DNA of 32,000 nt from Methanopyrus kandleri AV19 (GTDB taxonomy: Archaea; JAADCQ01; Methanopyri; Methanopyrales; Methanopyraceae). The notes under the pieces were generated by a model. That model saw only the letters and a program-made list of their open reading frames with translations. It ran no database searches and was not told the DNA's origin. The stretch spans positions 180,001 to 212,000 of the forward strand of contig NC_003551.1 of assembly GCF_000007185.1 (NCBI RefSeq), given 5' to 3'. This document shows, in pieces, positions 27,997-32,000 of this stretch. The position numbers and the translations under genes were made by a program. How positions within the stretch are numbered: position 1 is the stretch's first letter; every line of letters begins with the position of its first letter.

Positions 27997-28806
27997 TTGG
28001 CTGAGGCGGAACTTCCCGAGTCAGAGGCGTGTCGTGTGGTATGTATGGCCTCGGGTAAGGGAGGTACGGGCAAAACCACCGTAACCGCCAACTTGGGTAC
28101 TGCGTTAGCCGAGCTCGGTGCTGAAACTTACATCCTGGATGCGGATATCGCCATGGCTAACTTGGGACTGATCCTCCGCATGGAAGATGCCCCAGTAACA
28201 CTGCACGATGTACTGGCGGGAGAGGCCGACATCGAGGAGGCCATCTACGAGGGACCTCACGGTGTTAAGGTGATCCCCGCGGGCATATCACTGGAGGGCA
28301 TTCGAAAGGCCAACCCCGACAGGCTGAGGGACGTAGTCGAGCACATAATAGACAGAGCGGACTTCCTGCTGATCGATGCGCCGGCAGGGTTAGGTAGGGA
28401 CGCCATCACGGCCCTCTCCGCGTCGACGGAGAGCCTCTTAGTGGTCAACCCCGAGATAGCGTCGATCACCGACGCTCTTAAGGTTAAAGCGGTAGCCGAG
28501 CGGGTAGACACCCAGATCACGGGAGCCGTCGTCAACCGTGTCACGAAGGATAAGACCGAGCTGACGAAGGAAGAGGTCGAAAAAATCCTGGAAACTCCCG
28601 TAATGGTCGAAGTACCCGAGGATCCGGAGGTCCGAAGGGCCGCCGCCTTCGGAGAGCCGGTGGTGGTCCGCAGCCCCAAGTCCGCGGCCGCGCAGGCTTT
28701 CAAGAAGCTGGCCGCGGAGCTAGTGGGTATCGAGTACGAGGTGCCCGTTCCAGACAAGGAGGGAGTGTTGTCTAAGGTCATTAAGGGCCTGTTCGGACGG
28801 CGTTAG
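27997..28806 (+). CDS. minD: MinD/ParA-class P-loop ATPase (archaeal MinD-like)
   Basis: Deviant Walker [22 protein letters not shown], Walker [10 protein letters not shown]-terminal amphipathic tail [12 protein letters not shown] resembles a MinD membrane-targeting sequence. Confidence 0.8.
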   Translation: MAEAELPESEACRVVCMASGKGGTGKTTVTANLGTALAELGAETYILDADIAMANLGLILRMEDAPVTLHDVLAGEADIEEAIYEGPHGVKVIPAGISLEGIRKANPDRLRDVVEHIIDRADFLLIDAPAGLGRDAITALSASTESLLVVNPEIASITDALKVKAVAERVDTQITGAVVNRVTKDKTELTKEEVEKILETPVMVEVPEDPEVRRAAAFGEPVVVRSPKSAAAQAFKKLAAELVGIEYEVPVPDKEGVLSKVIKGLFGRR

Positions 28807-29303
28807 AAGCGGGCTTCCCATAACCTGTCCCCGACGTGATGGACGTTGCGGACGGCTCGACCCCTCTCAGACTCTTCGATTTCCCTCGCACTCATTAGGG
28901 CTATCCCCACGGCGAGAGGCCGCCGGTTGCGCTCGTCGATGACGACTACACCGTCACCCTCCTCGAACTCACCCCGCACTTCCACGATACCCGGCACCAT
29001 GATATCGGCCCCGGAAGCCACCGGCTTGACGGCACCCATATCCACTATCACCACATGGCCGTAATTCCCCTCATCGAGTTGGAGGAGGGCATGAATCGTG
29101 GGAAACCAACCCTCATGTCGTTCGAAGGCCATTACCTTGCCGTCCTTGATCAGCAAGCGCTCGATATCATCGTCCTTGACGTACGCGACCTCCACAAGAC
29201 CAGTGAGTACTTCGCCGAGACTAACCCCAGACGATACACGTAACTCCTCCAAAACTTCCTGAAGGTCCTTCTCCGAGATCGGATGTCGACGGGAAACCTT
29301 CAT
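28803..29303 (-). CDS. PUA-domain RNA-binding protein (COG2016/MCT-1-like)
   Basis: [25 protein letters not shown]...[23 protein letters not shown] is a PUA domain. Start trimmed to ATG 29303 ([13 protein letters not shown]). Confidence 0.7.
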   Translation of the reverse strand: MKVSRRHPISEKDLQEVLEELRVSSGVSLGEVLTGLVEVAYVKDDDIERLLIKDGKVMAFERHEGWFPTIHALLQLDEGNYGHVVIVDMGAVKPVASGADIMVPGIVEVRGEFEEGDGVVVIDERNRRPLAVGIALMSAREIEESERGRAVRNVHHVGDRLWEARF

Positions 29304-29339
29304 TCGCCAGCTCCCCCAGCCGCACGGGGGTCGGACGGT

Positions 29340-29561
29340 TTGAGACCGCACGACTGTCTTCGGGACTTCTTGGACGATATCGTGATAGTGGAGCTGAAGA
29401 CGGGCAAGACGTTGCGAGGTAGGTTAGTGTCCTTCGACGGACACCTAAACCTGGTACTGGACGACTGCGTGGAGATAGATGAAGATTCCGAAGTCAGGCT
29501 CGGACGTGTGTTGATCCGAGGAGACAGCGTCACCTTGATATCACCTGCCGAAGTCGGATGA
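29340..29561 (+). CDS. Sm-like archaeal protein (SmAP/LSm)
   Basis: Sm1 VIVELKTGKTLRGRLVSFDGHLNLVLDD and Sm2 LGRVLIRGDSV. Sits directly upstream of rpl37e, a conserved archaeal pairing. Start at TTG 29340; ATG 29283 is the longest option. Confidence 0.8.
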   Translation: MRPHDCLRDFLDDIVIVELKTGKTLRGRLVSFDGHLNLVLDDCVEIDEDSEVRLGRVLIRGDSVTLISPAEVG

Positions 29562-29581
29562 GCTGCCAGGGGGAGTGAGGC

Positions 29582-29770
29582 TTGGCGAAGGGAACCCCCT
29601 CCTTTGGTAAGCGTAACAAGACGAAGACACACGTCAGGTGCAGGAGATGCGGCCGTCGCGCATACCACGTGCGGAAAGGATATTGTGCAGCCTGTGGGTT
29701 CGGTCGCTCACGGCGCATCCGTCGGTACAGCTGGCAGAACAAGAAGGTGAACCGCAAGCGACGCCGCTAA
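29582..29770 (+). CDS. rpl37e: 50S ribosomal protein L37e
   Basis: [26 protein letters not shown]...CAACG zinc ribbon. TTG start after GGGGGAGTGAGG. Confidence 0.9.
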   Translation: MAKGTPSFGKRNKTKTHVRCRRCGRRAYHVRKGYCAACGFGRSRRIRRYSWQNKKVNRKRRR

Positions 29771-29783
29771 GGGAGCCCCGGTA

Positions 29784-30659
29784 ATGGCACGAGACGGACG
29801 ACGGAAGTCACCCGTCGACGTCAGGATAATCGTGGAGGGAGCCGCCGACGCCGAGACCATCTCTAAAGTGATCCAACGGATGGCGCTCGGAGGAGAGTAC
29901 AACATCACAGTGACGTCCATCATCCCTACTACCCACGCCCACATCGCACGACGGACCGCCGAAGGTGCGGACTTAGTGCTCATTGCCACCGACGCGGACA
30001 AGCCTGGTCGCAAACTGGCCAAGAAGTTCCAGGAAGAGCTACGCGGCGTCGTAGGTCGAGTGGAACGCGTGAAGATGCCCATCGGACACGACGTGGAACA
30101 CGTGGACCTGGAAATAGTGGAGAAGGAGCTCCGCAGCGCCCTCGTCCGCGCCGGCCTCAAAAGTCTCAGGGACATTAAGGAGCTGCGCGAGGAGATCAAG
30201 GAGCTTCAAGAGGAAATCGAAGAGAAGGAAGAGCTCATCGAGGAACTCGAGGAGAAAGAATCGGAGTTGGAAGAACTGCGCGAGAGACTAAAGGAGATCG
30301 AGAAGGAAAAAGCGCTCCTGGAGGAGGAACGGGACAGACTACTGGATGAAGTCGAGCGGCTCAGAGACCGCCTCGAAGAGCTTGAGGAGGAGCTGGAATC
30401 CGCGGATCATCTGCGGATCATGGACCTCGAGTCCGTGTGTGAAGAGGCGGAGCTGAGCCCGGAGGACGTAGAGCCGGAGGTCCTAGAGGAGCTCGGAGAA
30501 GAGCTCGAAATCCCGATAGTGGTAGGGTCCACCCGAATTGCAGCACCGTCCAGGGAGGACGCTGTCAGGGTACTAAAGATCTACAAGCTCGCCCGAAAAG
30601 TGGTCGATGGCGAGGGGGAGGAGGAAAACGAAACGACTCCAGGAGATCCTGAAGTCTGA
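29784..30659 (+). CDS. Toprim-domain protein with a long charged coiled-coil extension
   Basis: Toprim Glu in IIVEGAADAE and DxD in IATDADKPG. Residues about 120-205 are a continuous E/L/K/R heptad-like region (KELREEIKELQEEIEEKEELIEELEEKESELEELRERLKEIEKEK...). Confidence 0.6.
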   Translation: MARDGRRKSPVDVRIIVEGAADAETISKVIQRMALGGEYNITVTSIIPTTHAHIARRTAEGADLVLIATDADKPGRKLAKKFQEELRGVVGRVERVKMPIGHDVEHVDLEIVEKELRSALVRAGLKSLRDIKELREEIKELQEEIEEKEELIEELEEKESELEELRERLKEIEKEKALLEEERDRLLDEVERLRDRLEELEEELESADHLRIMDLESVCEEAELSPEDVEPEVLEELGEELEIPIVVGSTRIAAPSREDAVRVLKIYKLARKVVDGEGEEENETTPGDPEV

Positions 30660-31632
30660 TGATTTCTTTCTAGAGAAGGTGGAGAAGCTCGAGGAGCTCG
30701 CAGAAGGTGAACCCTGTGCCCTCGTCAGGCGCCAAAACGTTGAGTGGATAACCCATTTTCCCGGTCTAGCGTTCCACGCCGACTTCGAGTCCGAAGAGTA
30801 CACGCTGGTTGTCCACCGTATGGATTCGAGGGCCGTTCGGGAGTGGCCGATTCCGGAGACCGTCGAAGTCATCACACACGATGAGGCCAACCGCCTGACT
30901 CCCGCCCGGGCCGTCGACGACGAGTCGGCGGCCCGCAAGGTACCCTGTTATAGGGTGAAGAACGTTAACGAGGACGTTACGAGGGCGCGTCTCTCCAAGT
31001 CGAAGAGTGAGCTGAGGTTCATTGAGGAGCTAGTGGAAGCGACCGAGCGGATACTCGTAAAAGTTCTCCCACCCGAAGACTCGGAGGCCGAGGTAGCATC
31101 CGACCTCATAAGGGAGGCCACGATTCGCGGCTTTCAAACGGCATTCGACCCTATAGTGGCGTATGACGAGGGTGCCGGTGTACCCCACCACCGACCGAGT
31201 CCCGAGGAAAAGACCTGGACGAAATGTGCGTTGGTAGATTACGGGATCAAGATGGTGTACTGCACGGACATCACGAGGACCGTAGTGTCCGAGAACGAGG
31301 CGGGAGACGTCCTCGAAGTCGTCGTGAACGCCCTCGAGGAGGCACTCCGAGAGCTTCAGGCGGGTGTGAACCCGAAGGAGCTCGAGGAAGAGCTGAGAGG
31401 GTGGATGGAAGACGAAGCGCCCGGATTCGAGTTCCCCCACAGCCTCGGCCACCATGTGGGAGTCACGGTCCACGAGGGCCGTCTCATGGGTCGATTGCCG
31501 GAGGGAGCCGTGATCACCGTAGAGCCCGGGCTTTACTCGGATGAGTTCGGGATCCGCGTCGAGGAAATGGTGGTCGTCGGGAAGCGAAAATGCCGAACGC
31601 TAACCAAGCTTCCGCGGGTGTGGGAGCGTTGA
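30607..31632 (+). CDS. M24-family metallopeptidase (Xaa-Pro peptidase-like)
   Basis: Pita-bread metal ligands are present: VDYG...CTDITRT, HSLGHHVGVTVHE, TVEPGLY, GIRVEEMVVV. ATG start overlaps the upstream gene by 53 nt. Confidence 0.7.
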   Translation: MARGRRKTKRLQEILKSDDFFLEKVEKLEELAEGEPCALVRRQNVEWITHFPGLAFHADFESEEYTLVVHRMDSRAVREWPIPETVEVITHDEANRLTPARAVDDESAARKVPCYRVKNVNEDVTRARLSKSKSELRFIEELVEATERILVKVLPPEDSEAEVASDLIREATIRGFQTAFDPIVAYDEGAGVPHHRPSPEEKTWTKCALVDYGIKMVYCTDITRTVVSENEAGDVLEVVVNALEEALRELQAGVNPKELEEELRGWMEDEAPGFEFPHSLGHHVGVTVHEGRLMGRLPEGAVITVEPGLYSDEFGIRVEEMVVVGKRKCRTLTKLPRVWER

Positions 31633-32000
31633 AGGAAGTCCTACCGGGTATTCGAGCGCTGGGAGATCTAGAAGCCGCGGAGAAAGTCGTCAAGAGGTGC
31701 TCCGGTGGAAGCACGGTGATGGTGTGTGTGATCGGTAGTACCGAAATCAGCCGCGTTCCCGGTATCTCAGCCGCGGGTAAAACGCCGGAGTCAACCTTTC
31801 ACACACCCGCAGGAGATGTCGAGTTGATATACTACGACAGGATCATCAACGCCGAGGAGGTCCCACAGAACCCCGTGGGTGCTCCCTCACCCGCGGTGAT
31901 AACGAAAGCCGTCGTGAACTTGGCGTCTATCCCCTTCTTGACGGTGGATGCCGGGGCAGCCGTGAAACCCGCTTGCCCCTACATCGACCTCGGAGGTGAG
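31629..32000 (+). CDS. UPF0284/archaeal CobT-like phosphoribosyltransferase homolog (partial, runs off the window end)
   Basis: Not in the ORF track because it has no stop in the window. TTG 31629 overlaps the upstream stop (TTGA). VIGSTEISRVPGISAAGKTPE...TPAGDVE...PSPAVITKA...TVDAGAAVKPACPYIDLGG matches UPF0284. Confidence 0.6.
   Translation, partial: MKEVLPGIRALGDLEAAEKVVKRCSGGSTVMVCVIGSTEISRVPGISAAGKTPESTFHTPAGDVELIYYDRIINAEEVPQNPVGAPSPAVITKAVVNLASIPFLTVDAGAAVKPACPYIDLGGE

Noticed and set aside
30170-30420. GAG/GAA/CTC-rich repetitive DNA considered as a tandem repeat or CRISPR-like array
   Set aside because: There is no fixed-length repeat/spacer periodicity. It is in frame within the Toprim gene and encodes a Glu/Leu/Lys/Arg coiled coil.

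Overview
This is a gene-dense, GC-rich archaeal chromosomal segment of about 40 genes. The gene set points to a hyperthermophilic methanogen: archaeosine TGT, Trm1, archaeal-type PEP carboxylase, Nep1, Sec61-beta, Sm-L37e, UPF0280/0282/0284 families, H4MPT-linked CitG-like and DUF447 genes, very acidic proteins and a tRNA-Sec. From memory it resembles Methanopyrus kandleri, but I cannot verify that here. Genes sit in long co-directional strings. Many junctions have overlapping stop and start codons (TTGA, GTGA, ATGA), and TTG or GTG starts are very common. As a result many ORF-track entries carry false N-terminal extensions, which I trimmed. I saw no rRNA, CRISPR array, IS element or integrase.

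Main observations:
- A selenocysteine tRNA (8238-8326, +) lies hidden under the antisense extension of the nth ORF.
- A single Roadblock gene, a tandem-Roadblock gene and a MinD-type ATPase form one cluster. Amphipathic helices sit at the N-terminus of the tandem-Roadblock protein and the C-terminus of MinD. This may be an uncharacterised positioning or polarity module.
- A roughly 540 bp AT-rich island, still an open reading frame, encodes an orphan protein wedged between hemB and hemA.
- There are three candidate box C/D sRNAs. One lies in the tgtA/trm1 overlap and two fill short intergenic gaps.
- A fucose-isomerase-family gene carries a +1 frameshift, downstream of an unusual AAA+/vWA fusion.
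- A divergent ligase-type nucleotidyltransferase overlaps an unknown partner gene by 4 nt.

All family assignments rest on motifs read by eye from the translations. No searches were run.
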